DNA of 64,000 nt from Eledone cirrhosa (Eukaryota). The notes beneath the pieces were generated by a model. It was given only the letters and a program-made list of their open reading frames with translations. It ran no database searches and was not told the DNA's origin. Where the stretch lies: the NCBI GenBank assembly GCA_964016885.1, contig OZ024742.1, positions 12,772,001 through 12,836,000 on the forward strand. The letters are read 5' to 3'. A program made the position numbers and the translations under genes. Of this stretch, positions 1-15,000 are shown one piece after another; the first letter of the stretch is position 1, and every line of letters starts with the position of its first letter.

Positions 1-3000
1 AGATTATATCTAAACAGCAAGCCTTGTAAAGGGCCTCATGTTTGCCATGCCTGATATAGATTATATCTAAACAGCAAGCCTTGTAAAGGGCCTCATGTTT
101 GCCATGCCTGATATAGATTATATCTAAACAGCAGGCAAGCCTTGTAAAGGGCCTCATGTTTGCCATGCCTGATATAGATTATATCTAAACAGCAAGCCAT
201 GTAAACGGCCTCATGTTTGCCATGCCGGATATAGATTATATCTAAACAGCAAGCCTTGTAAAGGGCCTCATGTTTGCCATGCCTGATATAGATTATATCT
301 AAACAGCAGGCAAGCCTTGTAAAGGGCCTCATGTTTGCCATGCCTGATATAGATTATATCTAAACAGCAAGCCTTGTAAAGAGCCTCATGTTTGCCATGC
401 CTGATATAGATTATATCTAAACAGCAAGCCTTGTAAAGGGCCTCATGTTTGCCATGCCTGATATAGATTATATCTAAACAGCAGGCAAGCCTTGTAAAGG
501 GCCTCATGTTTGCCATGCCTGATATAGATTATATCTAAACAGCAGGCAAGCATTGTAAAGGGCCTCATGTTTGCCATGCCTGATATAGATTATATCTAAA
601 CAGCAAGCCTTGTAAAAGGCCTCATGTTTGCCATGCCTGATATAGATTACATCTAAACAGCAGGCAAGCCTTGTAAAGAGCCTCATGTTTGCAGTGCCTG
701 ATATAGATTATATCTAAACAGCAAGCATTGTAAAGGGCCTTATGTTTGCCATGTCTGATATAGATTACATCTAAACAGCAGGCAAGCCTTGTAAAGGGCC
801 TCATGTTTGCCATGCCTGATATAGATTATATCTAAACAGCAGGCAAGCCTTGTAAAGGGCCTCATGTTTGCCATGCCTGATATAGATTATATCTAAACAG
901 CAGGCAAGCCTTCTAAAGGGCCTTTTGTTTGCCATGCCTGATATAGATTACATCTAAACAGCAGGCAAGCCTTGTAAAGAGCCTCATGTTTGCCATGCCT
1001 GATATAGATTATATCTAAACAGCAGGCAAGCCTTGTAAAGGGCCTCATGTTTGCCATGCCTGATATAGATTATATCTAAACAGCAGGCAAGCCTTGTAAA
1101 GAGCCTCATGTTTGCCATGCCTGATATAGATTATATCTAAACAGCAGGCAAGCCTTGTAAAGGGCCTCATGTTTGCCATGCCTGATATAGATTATATCTA
1201 AACAGCAGGCAAGCCTTGTAAAGGGCCTCATGTTTGCCATGCCTGATATAGATTACATCTAAACAGCAGGCAAGCCTTGTAAAGAGCCTCATGTTTGCCA
1301 TGCCTGATATAGATTATATCTAAACAGCAAGCCTTGTAAAGGGCCTCATGTTTGCCATGCCTGATATAGATTATATCTAAACAGCAAGCCTTGTAAAGGG
1401 CCTCATGTTTGCCATGCCTGATATAGATTATATCTAAACAGCAAGCCTTGTAAAGGGCCTCATGTTTGCCATGCCTGATATAGATTATATCTAAACAGCA
1501 GGCAAGCCTTGTAAAGGGCCTCATGTTTGCCATGCTTGATATAGATTATATCTAAACAGCAAGCCATGTAAACGGCCTCATGTTTGCCATGCCTGATATA
1601 GATTATATCTAAACAGCAAGCCTTGCAAAGAGCCTCATGTTTGCCATGCCTGATATAGATTATATCTAAACAGCAGGCAAGCCTTGTAAAGGGCCTCATG
1701 TTTGCCATGCCTGATATAGATTATATCTAAACAGCAAGCCTTGTAAAGGGCCTCATGTTTGCCATGCCTGGTATAGATTATATCTAAACAGCAAGCCTTG
1801 TAAAGGGCCTCATGTTTGCCATGCCTGATATAGATTATATCTAAACAGCAAGCCTTGTAAAGGGCCTCATGTTTGCCATGCCTGATATAGATTATATCTA
1901 AACAACAAGCCTTGTAAAGGGCCTCATGTTTGACATGCCTGATATAGATTATATCTAAACAGCAGGCAAGCCTTGTAAAGGGCCTCATGTTTGCCATGCC
2001 TGATATAGATTATATCTAAACAGCAAGCCTTGTAAAGGGCCTCATGTTTGCCATGCCTGATATAGATTATATCTAAACAGCAAGCCTTGTAAAGAGCCTC
2101 ATGTTTGCCATGCCTGATATAGATTATATCTAAACAGCAAGCCTTGTAAAGAGCCTCATGTTTACCATGCCTGATATAGATTATATCTAAACAGCAAGCC
2201 TTGTAAAGGGCCTCATGTTTGCCATGCCTGATATTGATTATATCTAAACAGCAAGCCTTGTAAAGGGCCTCATGTTTGCCATGCCTGATATAGATTATAT
2301 CTAAACAGCAAACCTTGTAAAGAGCCTCATGTTTGCCATGCCTGATATAGATTATATCTAAACAGCAAGCCTTGTAAAGGGCCTCATGTTTGCCATGCCT
2401 GATATAGATTATATCTAAACAGCAGGCAAGCCTTGTAAAGAGCCTCATGTTTGCCATGCCTGATATAGATTATATTTAAACAGCAGGCAAGCCTTGTAAA
2501 GAGCCTCATGTTTGCCATGCCTGATATAGATTATATCTAAACAGCAGGCAAGCCTTGTAAAGGGCCTCATGTTTGCCATGCCTGATATAGATTATATCTA
2601 AACAGCAGGCAAGCCTTGTAAAGGGCCTCATGTTTGCATGCCTGATATAGATTATATCTAAACAGCAAGCCTTGTAAAGGGCCTCATGTTTGCCATGCCT
2701 GATATAGATTACATCTAAACAGCAGGCAAGCCTTGTAAAGAGCCTCATGTTTGCCATGCCTGATATAGATTATATCTAAACAGCAAGCCTTGTAAAGGGC
2801 CTTATGTTTGCCATGTCTGATATAGATTACATCTAAACAGCAGGCAAGCCTTGTAAAGGGCCTCATGTTTGCCATGCCTGATATAGATTATATCTAAACA
2901 GCAGGCAAGCCTTGTAAAGGGCCTCATGTTTGCCATGCCTGATATAGATTATATCTAAACAGCAGGCAAGCCTTGTAAAGGGCCTCATGTTTGCCATGCC

Positions 3001-6000
3001 TGATATAGATTACATCTAAACAGCAGGCAAGCCTTCTAAAGGGCCTTTTGTTTGCCATGCCTGATATAGATTATATTTAAACAGCAGGCAAGCCTTGTAA
3101 AGAGCCTCATGTTTGCCATGCCTGATATAGATTATATCTAAACAGCAGGCAAGCCTTGTAAAGGGCCTCATGTTTGCCACGCCTGATATAGATTATATCT
3201 AAACAGCAGGCAAGCCTTGTAAAGAGCCTCATGTTTGCCATGCCTGATATAGATTATATCTAAACAGCAGGCAAGCCTTGTAAAGGGCCTCATGTTTGCC
3301 ATGCCTGATATAGATTATATCTAAACAGCAGGCAAGCCTTGTAAAGGGCCTCATGTTTGCCATGCCTGATATAGATTACATCTAAACAGCAGGCAAGCCT
3401 TGTAAAGAGCCTCATGTTTGCCATGCCTGATATAGATTATATCTAAACAGCAAGCCTTGTAAAGGGCCTCATGTTTGCCATGCCTGATATAGATTATATC
3501 TAAACAGCAAGCCTTGTAAAGGGCCTCATGTTTGCCATGCCTGATATAGATTATATCTAAACAGCAGGCAAGCCTTGTAAAGGGCCTCATGTTTGCCATG
3601 CCTGATATAGATTATATCTAAACAGCAAGCCATGTAAACGGCCTCATGTTTGCCATGCCTGATATAGATTATATCTAAACAGCAAGCCTTGTAAAGGGCC
3701 TCATGTTTGCCATGCCTGATATAGATTATATCTAAACAGCAGGCAAGCCTTGTAAAGGGCCTCATGTTTGCCATGCCTGATATAGATTATATCTAAACAG
3801 CAAGCCTTGTAAAGAGCCTCATGTTTGCCATGCCTGATATAGATTATATCTAAACAGCAAGCCTTGTAAAGGGCCTCATGTTTGCCATGCCTGATATAGA
3901 TTATATCTAAACAGCAAGCCTTGTAAAGGGCCTCATGTTTGCCATGCCTGATATAGATTATATCTAAACAGCAAGCCATGTAAAGGGCCTCATGTTTGCC
4001 ATGCCTGATATAGATTATATCTAAACAGCAGGCAAGCCTTGTAAAGGGCCTCATGTTTGCCATGCCTGATATAGATTATATCTAAACAGCAAGCCATGTA
4101 AAGGGCCTCATGTTTGCCATGCCTGATATAGTTATATCTAAACAGCAAGCCTTGTAAAGAGCCTCATGTTTGCCATGCCTGATATAGATTATATCTAAAC
4201 AGCAGGCAAGCCTTGTAAAGGGCCTCATGTTTGCCATACCTGATATAGATTATATCTAAACAGCCAGCAAGCCTTGTAAAGGGCCTCATGTTTGCCATGC
4301 CTGATATAGATTATATCTAAACAGCAAGCCTTGTAAAGAGCCTCATGTTTGCCATGCCTGATATAGATTATATCTAAACAGCAAGCCTTGTAAAGGGCCT
4401 CATGTTTGCCATGCCTGATATAGATTATATCTAAACAGCAAGCCTTGTAAAGAGCCTCATGTTTGCCATGCCTGATATAGATTATATCTAAACAGCAAGC
4501 CTTGTAAAGGGCCTCATGTTTGCCATGCCTGATATAGATTATATCTAAACAGCAAGCCTTGTAAAGAGCCTCATGTTTGCCATGCCTGATATAGATTATA
4601 TCTAAACAGCAAGCCTTGTAAAGGGCCTCATGTTTGCCATGCCTGATATAGATTATATCTAAACAGCAAGCCTTGTAAAGAGCCTCATGTTTGCCATGCC
4701 TGATATAGATTACATCTAAACAGCAGGCAAGCCTTGTAAAGAGCCTCATGTTTGCCATGCCTGATATAGATTATATCTAAACAGCAGGCAAGCCTTGTAA
4801 AGGGCCTCATGTTTGCCATGCCTGATATAGATTACATCTAAACAGAAAGCCTTGTAAAGGGCCTCATGTTTGCCATGCCTGATATAGATTATATCTAAAC
4901 AGCAGGCAAGCCTTGTAAAGGGCCTCATGTTTGCCATGCCTGATATAGATTATATCTAAACAGCAGGCAAGCCTTGTAAAGGGCCTCATGTTTGCCATGC
5001 CTGATATAGATTATATCTAAACAGCAGGCAAGCCTTGTAAAGGGCCTCATGTTTGCCATGCCTGATATAGATTATATCTAAACAGCAGGCAAGCCTTGTA
5101 AAGGGCCTCATGTTTGCCATGCCTGATATAGATTACATCTAAACAGCAGGCAAGCCTTGTAAAGAGCCTCATGTTTGCCATGCCCGATATAGATTATATC
5201 TAAACAGCAAGCCTTGTAAAGGGCCTCATGTTTGCCATGCCTGATATAGATTATATCTAAACAGCAAGCCTTGTAAAGGGCCTCATGTTTGCCATGCCTG
5301 ATATAGATTATATCTAAACAGCAAGCCTTGTAAAGGGCCTCATGTTTGCCATGCCTGATATAGATTATATTTAAACAGCAGGCAAGCCTTGTAAAGGGCC
5401 TCATGTTTGCCATGCCTGATATAGATTATATCTAAACAGCAAGCCATGTAAACGGCCTCATGTTAGCCATGCCTGATATAGATTATATCTAAACAGCAAG
5501 CCTTGTAAAGAGCCTCATGTTTGCCATGCCTGATATAGATTATATCTAAACAGCAGGCAAGCCTTGTAAAGGGCCTCATGTTTGCCATGCCTGATATAGA
5601 TTATATCTAAACAACAAGCCTTGTAAAGGGCCTCATGTTTGCCATGCCTGATATAGATTATATCTAAACAGCAAGCCTTGTAAAGAGCCTCATGTTTGCC
5701 ATGCCTGCTATAGATTATATCTAAACAGCAGGCAAGCCTTGTAAAGGGCCTCATGTTTGCCATGCCTGATATAGATTATATCTAAACAGCAGGCAAGCCT
5801 TGTAAAGGGCCTCATGTTTGCCATGCCTGATATAGATTACATCTAAACAGCAGGCAAGCCTTGTAAAGAGCCTCATGTTTGCCATGCCTGATATAGATTA
5901 TATCTAAACAGCAAGCCTTGTAAAGGGCCTCATGTTTGCCATGCCTGATATAGATTATATCTAAACAGCAAGCCTTGTAAAGGGCCTCATGTTTGCCATG

Positions 6001-9000
6001 CCTGATATAGATTATATCTAAACAGCAAGCCTTGTAAAGGGCCTCATGTTTGCCATGCCTGATATAGATTATATCTAAACAGCAGGCAAGCCTTGTAAAG
6101 GGCCTCATGTTTGCCATGCCTGATATAGATTATATCTAAACAGCAAGCCATGTAAACGGCCTCATGTTTGCCATGCCTGATATAGATTATATCTAAACAG
6201 CAAGCCTTGTAAAGAGCCTCATGTTTGCCATGCCTGATATAGATTATATCTAAACAGCAAGCCTTGCAAAGGGCCTCATGTTTGCCATGCCTGATATAGA
6301 TTATATCTAAACAGCAAGCCTTGTAAAGGGCCTCATGTTTGCCATGCCTGATATAGATTATATCTAAACAGCAAGCCTTGTAAAGGGCCTCATGTTTGCC
6401 ATGCCTGATATAGATAATATCTAAACAGCAGGCAAGCCTTGTAAAGGGCCTCATGTTTGCCATGCCTGATATAGATTATATCTAAACAGCAAGCCATGTA
6501 AACGGCCTCATGTTTGCCATGCCTGATATAGATTATATCTAAACAGCAAGCCTTGTAAAGAGCCTCATGTTTGCCATGCCTGATATAGATTATATCTAAA
6601 CAGCAGGCAAGCCTTGTAAAGGGCCTCATGTTTGCCATGCCTGATATAGATTATATCTAAACAGCCAGCAAGCCTTGTAAAGGGCCTCATGTTTGCCATG
6701 CCTGATATAGATTATATCAAAACAGCAAGCCTTGTAAAGAGCCTCATGTTTGCCATGCCTGATATAGATTATATCTAAACAGCAAGCCTTGTAAAGGGCC
6801 TCATGTTTGCCATGCCTGATATAGATTATATATAAACAGCAAGCCTTGTAAAGAGCCTCATGTTTGCCATGCCTGATATAGATTATATCTAAACAGCAAG
6901 CCTTGTAAAGTGCCTCATGTTTGCCATGCCTGATATAGATTATATCTAAACAGCAAGCCTTGTAAAGAGCCTCATGTTTGCCATGCCTGATATAGATTAT
7001 ATCTAAACAGCAAGCCTTGTAAAGGGCCTCATGTTTGCCATGCCTGATATAGATTATATCTAAACAGCAAGCCTTGTAAAGAGCCTCATGTTTGCCATGC
7101 CTGATATAGATTACATCTAAACAGCAGGCAAGCCTTGTAAAGAGCCTCATGTTTGCCATGCCTGATATAGATTATATCTAAACAGCAGGCAAGCCTTGTA
7201 AAGGGCCTCATGTTTGCCATGCCTGATATAGATTACATCTAAACAGAAAGCCTTGTAAAGGGCTTCATGTTTGCCATGCCTGATATAGATTATATCTAAA
7301 CAGCAGGCAAGCCTTGTAAAGGGCCTCATGTTTGCCATGCCTGATATAGATTATATCTAAACAGCAGGCAAGCCTTGTAAAGGGCCTCATGTTTGCCATG
7401 CCTGATATAGATTATATCTAAACAGCAGGCAAGCCTTGTAAAGGGCCTCATGTTTGCCATGCCTGATATAGATTATATCTAAACAGCAGGCAAGCCTTGT
7501 AAAGGGCCTCATGTTTGCCATGCCTGATATAGATTACATCTAAACAGCAGGCAAGCCTTGTAAAGAGCCTCATGTTTGCCATGCCTGATATAGATTATAT
7601 CTAAACAGCAAGCCTTGTAAAGGGCCTCATGTTTGCCATGCCTGATATAGATTATATCTAAACAGCAAGCCTTGTAAAGGGCCTCATGTTTGCCATGCCT
7701 GATATAGATTATATCTAAACAGCAGGCAAGCCTTGTAAAGGGCCTCATGTTTGCCATGCCTGATATAGATTATATCTAAACAGCAAGCCATGTAAACGGC
7801 CTCAAGTTTGCCATGCCTGATATAGATTATATCTAAACAGCAAGCCTTGTAAAGAGCCTCATGTTTGCCATGCCTGATATAGATTATATCTAAACAGCAG
7901 GCAAGCCTTGTAAAGGGCCTCATGTTTGCCATGCCTGATATAGATTATATCTAAACAGCAAGCCTTGTAAAGGGCCTCATGTTTGCCATGCCTGATATAG
8001 ATTATATCTAAACAGCAAGCCTTGTAAAGAGCCTCATGTTTGCCATGCCTGATATAGATTATATCTAAAGAGCAAGCCTTGTAAAGGGCCTCATGTTTGC
8101 CATGCCTGATATAGATTATATCTAAACAGCAAGCCTTGTAAAGAGCCTCATGTTTGCCATGCCTGATATAGATTATATCTAAACAGCAAGCCTTGTAAAG
8201 GGCCTCATGTTTGCCATGCCTGATATAGATTATATCTAAACAGCAAGCCTTGTAAAGAGCCTCATGTTTGCCATGCCTGATATAGATTATATCTAAACAG
8301 CAAGCCTTGTAAAGGGCCTCATGTTTGCCATGCCTATTATAGATTATATCTAAACAGCAAGCCTTGTAAAGAGCCTCATGTTTGCCATGCCTGATATAGA
8401 TTATATCTAAACAGCAAGCCTTGTAAAGGGCCTCATGTTTGCCATGCCTGATATAGATTATATCTAAACAGCAAGCCTTGTAAAGGGCCTCATGTTTGCC
8501 ATGCCTGATATAGATTATATCTAAACAGCAGGCAAGCCTTGTAAAGGGCCTCATGTTTGCCATGCCTGATATAGATTATATCTAAACAGCAGGCAAGCCT
8601 TGTAAAGGGCCTCATGTTTGCCATGCCTGATATAGATTATATCTAAACAGCAAGCCATGTAAAGGGCCTCATGTTTGCCATGCCTGATATAGATTATATC
8701 TAAACAGCAAGCCTTGTAAAGAGCCTCATGTTTGCCATGCCTGATATAGATTATATCTAAACAGCAGGCAAGCCTTGTAAAGGGCCTCATGTTTGCCATG
8801 CCTGATATAGATTATATCTAAACAGCAAGCCTTGTAAAGGGCCTCATGTTTGCCATGCATGATATAGATTATATCTAAACAGCAAGCCTTGTAAAGAGCC
8901 TCATGTTTGCCATGCCTGATATAGATTATATCTAAACAGCAAGCCTTGTAAAGGGCCTCATGTTTGCCATGCCTGATATAGATTATATCTAAACAGCAAG

Positions 9001-12000
9001 CCTTGTAAAGAGCCTCATGTTTGCCATGCCTGATATAGATTATATCTAAACAGCAGGCAAGCCTTGTAAAGAGCCTCATGTTTGCCATGCCTGATATAGA
9101 TTATATCTAAACAGCAGGCAAGCCTTGTAAAGGGCCTCATGTTTGCCATGCCTGATATAGATTATATCTAAACAGCAGGCAAGCCTTGTAAAGAGCCTCA
9201 TGTTTGCCATGCCTGATATAGATTATATCTAAACAGCAGGCAAGCCTTGTAAAGGGCCTCATGTTTGCCATGCCTGATATAGATTATATCTAAACAGCAG
9301 GCAAGCCTTGTAAAGGGCCTCATGTTTGCCATGCCTGATATAGAATACATCTAAACAGCAGGCAAGCCTTGTAAAGAGCCTCATGTTTGCCATGCCTGAT
9401 ATAGATTATATCTAAACAGCAAGCCTTGTAAAGGGCCTCATGTTTGCCATGCCTGATATAGATTATATCTAAACAGCAAGCCTTGTAAAGGGCCTCATGT
9501 TTGCCATGCCTGATATAGATTATATCTAAACAGCAAGCCTTGTAAAGGGCCTCATGTTTGCCATGCCTGATATAGATTATATCTAAACAGCAGGCAAGCC
9601 TTGTAAAGGGCCTCATGTTTGCCATGCCTGATATAGATTATATCTAAACAGCAAGCCATGTAAACGGCCTCATGTTTGCCATGCCTGATATAGATTATAT
9701 CTAAACAGCAAGCCTTGTAAAGAGCCTCATGTTTGCCATGCCTGATATAGATTATATCTAAACAGCAAGCCTTGTAAAGGGCCTCATGTTTGCCATGCCT
9801 GATATAGATTATATCTAAACAGCAAGCCTTGTAAAGGGCCTCATGTTTGCCATGCCTGATAGAGATTATATCTAAACAGCAAGCCTTGTAAAGGGCCTCA
9901 TGTTTGCCATGCCTGATATAGATTATATCTAAACAGCAGGCAAGCCTTGTAAAGGGCCTCATGTTTGCCATGCCTGATATAGATTATATCTAAACAGCAA
10001 GCCATGTAAAGGGCCTCATGTTTGCCATGCCTGATATAGATTATATCTAAACAGCAAGCCTTGTAAAGAGCCTCATGTTTGCCATGCCTGATTTAGATTA
10101 TATCTAAACAGCAGGCAAGCCTTGTAAAGGGCCTCATGTTTGCCATGCCTGATATAGATTATATCTAAACAGCCAGCAAGCCTTGTAAAGGGCCTCATGT
10201 TTGCCATGCCTGATATAGATTATATCTAAACAGCAAGCCTTGTAAAGAGCCTCATGTTTGCCATGCCTGATATAGATTATATCTAAACAGCAAGCCTTGT
10301 AAAGGGCCTCATGTTTGCCATGCCTGATATAGATTATATCTAAACAGCAAGCCTTGTAAAGAGCCTCATGTTTGCCATGCCTGATATAGATTATATCTAA
10401 ACAGCAAGCCTTGTAAAGGGCCTCATGTTTGCCATGCCTGATATAGATTATATCTAAACAGCAAGCCTTGTAAAGAGCCTCATGTTTGCCATGCCTGATA
10501 TAGATTATATCTAAACAGCAAGCCTTGTAAAGGGCCTCATGTTTGCCATGCCTGATATAGATTATATCTAAACAGCAAGCCTTGTAAAGAGCCTCATGTT
10601 TGCCATGCCTGATATAGATTACATCTAAACAGCAGGCAAGCCTTGTAAAGAGCCTCATGTTTGCCATGCCTGATATAGATTATATCTAAACAGCAGGCAA
10701 GCCTTGTAAAGGGCCTTATGTTTGCCATGCCTGATATAGATTACATCTAAACAGAAAGCCTTGTAAAGGGCCTCATGTTTGCCATGCCTGATATAGATTA
10801 TATCTAAACAGCAGGCAAGCCTTGTAAAGGGCCTCATGTTTGCCATGCCTGATATAGATTATATCTAAACAGCAGGCAAGCCTTGTAAAGGGCCTCATGT
10901 TTGCCATGCCTGATATAGATTATATCTAAACAGCAGGCAAGCCTTGTAAAGGGCCTCATGTTTGCCATGCTTGATATAGATTATATCTAAACAGCAGGCA
11001 AGCCTTGTAAAGGGCCTCATGTTTGCCATGCCTGATATATATTACATCTAAACAGCAGGCAAGCCTTGTAAAGAGCCTCATGTTTGCCATGCCTGATATA
11101 GATTATATCTAAACAGCAAGCCTTGTAAAGGGCCTCATGTTTGCCATGCCTGATATAGATTATATCTAAACAGCAAGCCTTGTAAAGGGCCTCATGTTTG
11201 CCATGCCTGATATAGATTATATCTAAACAGCAAGCCTTGTAAAGGGCCTCATGTTTGCCATGCCTGATATAGATTATATCTAAACAGCAGGCAAGCCTTG
11301 TAAAGGGCCTCATGTTTGCCATGCCTGATATAGATTATATCTAAACAGCAAGCCATGTAAACGGCCTCATGTTTGCCATGCCTGATATAGATTATATCTA
11401 AACAGCAAGCCTTGTAAAGAGCCTCATGTTTGCCATGCCTGATATAGATTATATCTAAACAGCAGGCAAGCCTTGTAAAGGGCCTCATGTTTGCCATGCC
11501 TGATATAGATTATATCTAAACAGCAAGCCTTGTAAAGGGCCTCATGTTTGCCATGCCTGATATAGATTATATCTAAACAGCAAGCCTTGTAAAGAGCCTC
11601 ATGTTTGCCATGCCTGATATAGATTATATCTAAACAGCAAGCCTTGTAAAGGGCCTCATGTTTGCCATGCCTGATATAGATTATATCTAAACAGCAAGCC
11701 TTGTAAAGAGCCTCATGTTTGCCATGCCTGATATAGATTATATCTAAACAGCAAGCCTTGTAAAGGGCCTCATGTTTGCCATGCCTGATATAGATTATAT
11801 CTAAACAGCAAGCCTTGTAAAGAGCCTCATGTTTGCCATGCCTGATATAGATTATATCTAAACAGCAAGCCTTGTAAAGGGCCTCATGTTTGCCATGCCT
11901 GATATAGATTATATCTAAACAGCAAGCCTTGTAAAGGGCCTCATGTTTGCCATGCCTGATATAGATTATATCTAAACAGCAAGCCTTGTAAAGGGCCTCA

Positions 12001-15000
12001 TGTTTGCCATGCCTGATATAGATTATATCTAAACAGCAGGCAAGCCTTGTAAAGGGCCTCATGTTTGCCATGCCTGATATAGATTATATCTAAACAGCAG
12101 GCAAGCCTTGTAAAGGGCCTCATGTTTGCCATGCCTGATATAGATTATATCTAAACAGCAAGCCATGTAAAGGGCCTCATGTTTGCCATGCCTGATATAG
12201 ATTATATCTAAACAGCAAGCCTTGTAAAGAGCCTCATGTTTGCCATGCCTGATATAGATTATATCTAAACAGCAGGCAAGCCTTGTAAAGGGCCTCATGT
12301 TTGCCATGCCTGATATAGATTATATCTAAACAGCCAGCAAGCCTTGTAAAGGGCCTCATGTTTGCCATGCCTGATATAGATTATATCTAAACAGCAAGCC
12401 TTGTAAAGAGCCTCATGTTTGCCATGCCTGATATAGATTATATCTAAACAGCAAGCCTTGTAAAGGGCCTCATGTTTGCCATGCCTGATATAGATTATAT
12501 CTAAACAGCAAGCCTTGTAAAGAGCCTCATGTTTGCCATGCCTGATATAGATTATATCTAAACAGCAAGCCTTGTAAAGGGCCTCATGTTTGCCATGCCT
12601 GATATAGATTATATCTAAACAGCAAGCCTTGTAAAGGGCCTCATGTTTGCCATGCCTGATATAGATTATATCTAAACAGCAAGCCTTGTAAAGAGCCTCA
12701 TGTTTGCCATGCCTGATATAGATTACATCTAAACAGCAGGCAAGCCTTGTAAAGAGCCTCATGTTTGCCATGCCTGATATAGATTATATCTAAACAGCAG
12801 GCAAGCCTTGTAAAGGGCCTTATGTTTGCCATGCCTGATATAGATTACATCTAAACAGAAAGCCTTGTAAAGGGCCTCATGTTTGCCATGCCTGATATAG
12901 ATTATATCTAAACAGCAGGCAAGCCTTGTAAAGGGCCTCATGTTTGCCATGCCTGATATAGATTATATCTAAACAGCAGGCAAGCCTTGTAAAGGGCCTC
13001 ATGTTTGCCATGCCTGATATAGATTATATCTAAACAGCAGGCAAGCCTTGTAAAGGGCCTCATGTTTGCCATGCTTGATATAGATTATATCTAAACAGCA
13101 GGCAAGCCTTGTAAAGGGCCTCATGTTTGCCATGCCTGATATATATTACATCTAAACAGCAGGCAAGCCTTGTAAAGAGCCTCATGTTTGCCATGCCTGA
13201 TATAGATTATATCTAAACAGCAAGCCTTGTAAAGGGCCTCATGTTTGCCATGCCTGATATAGATTATATCTAAACAGCAAGCCTTGTAAAGGGCCTCATG
13301 TTTGCCATGCCTGATATAGATTATATCTAAACAGCAAGCCTTGTAAAGGGCCTCATGTTTGCCATGCTTATATAGATTATATCTAAACAGCAGGCAAGCC
13401 TTGTAAAGGGCCTCATGTTTGCCATGCCTGATATAGATTATATCTAAACAGCAAGCCATGTAAACGGCCTCATGTTTGCCATGCCTGATATAGATTATAT
13501 CTAAACAGCAAGCCTTGTAAAGAGCCTCATGTTTGCCATGCCTGATATAGATTATATCTAAACAGCAGGCAAGCCTTGTAAAGGGCCTCATGTTTGCCAT
13601 GCCTGATATAGATTATATCTAAACAGCAAGCCTTGTAAAGGGCCTCATGTTTGCCATGCCTGATATAGATTATATCTAAACAGCAAGCCTTGTAAAGAGC
13701 CTCATGTTTGCCATGCCTGATATAGATTATATCTAAACAGCAAGCCTTGTAAAGGGCCTCATGTTTGCCATGCCTGATATAGATTATATCTAAACAGCAA
13801 GCCTTGTAAAGAGCCTCATGTTTGCCATGCCTGATATAGATTATATCTAAACAGCAAGCCTTGTAAAGGGCCTCATGTTTGCCATGCCTGATATAGATTA
13901 TATCTAAACAGCAAGCCTTGTAAAGAGCCTCATGTTTGCCATGCCTGATATAGATTATATCTAAACAGCAAGCCTTGTAAAGGACCTCATGTTTGCCATG
14001 CCTGATATAGATTATATCTAAACAGCAAGCCTTGTAAAGGGCCTCATGTTTGCCATGCCTGATATAGATTATATCTAAACAGCAAGCCTTGTAAAGGGCC
14101 TCATGTTTGCCATGCCTGATATAGATTATATCTAAACAGCAGGCAAGCCTTGTAAAGGGCCTCATGTTTGCCATGCCTGATATAGATTATATCTAAACAG
14201 CAGGCAAGCCTTGTAAAGGGCCTCATGTTTGCCATGCCTGATATAGATTATATCTAAACAGCAAGCCATGTAAAGGGCCTCATGTTTGCCATGCCTGATA
14301 TAGATTATATCTAAACAGCAAGCCTTGTAAAGAGCCTCATGTTTGCCATGCCTGATATAGATTATATCTAAACAGCAGGCAAGCCTTGTAAAGGGCCTCA
14401 TGTTTGCCATGCCTGATATAGATTATATCTAAACAGCAAGCCTTGTAAAGGGCCTCATGTTTGCCATGCCTGATATAGATTATATCTAAACAGCCAGCAA
14501 GCCTTGTAAAGGGCCTCATGTTTGCCATGCTTGATATAGATTATATCTAAACAGCAAGCCTTGTAAAGAGCCTCATGTTTGCCATGCCTGATATAGATTA
14601 TATCTAAACAGCAAGCCTTGTAAAGGGCCTCATGTTTGCCATGCCTGATATAGATTATATCTAAACAGCAAGCCTTGTAAAGAGCCTCATGTTTGCCATG
14701 CCTGATATAGATTATATCTAAACAGCAAGCCTTGTAAAGGGCCTCATGTTTGCCATGCCTGATATAGATTATATCTAAACAGCAAGCCTTGTAAAGAGCC
14801 TCATGTTTGCCATGCCTGATATAGATTATATCTAAACAGCAAGCCTTGTAAAGGGCCTCATGTTTGCCATGCCTGATATAGATTATATCTAAACAGCAAG
14901 CCTTGTAAAGAGCCTCATGTTTGTCATGCCTGATATAGATTACATCTAAACAGCAGGCAAGCCTTGTAACGAGCCTCATGTTTGCCATGCCTGATATAGA

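Noticed and set aside
50-75. Hammerhead-like CTGATATAGATTATATCTAAAC in the main satellite monomer
   Set aside because: Lacks the conserved G8/A9 and G12 core nucleotides; resemblance is superficial.
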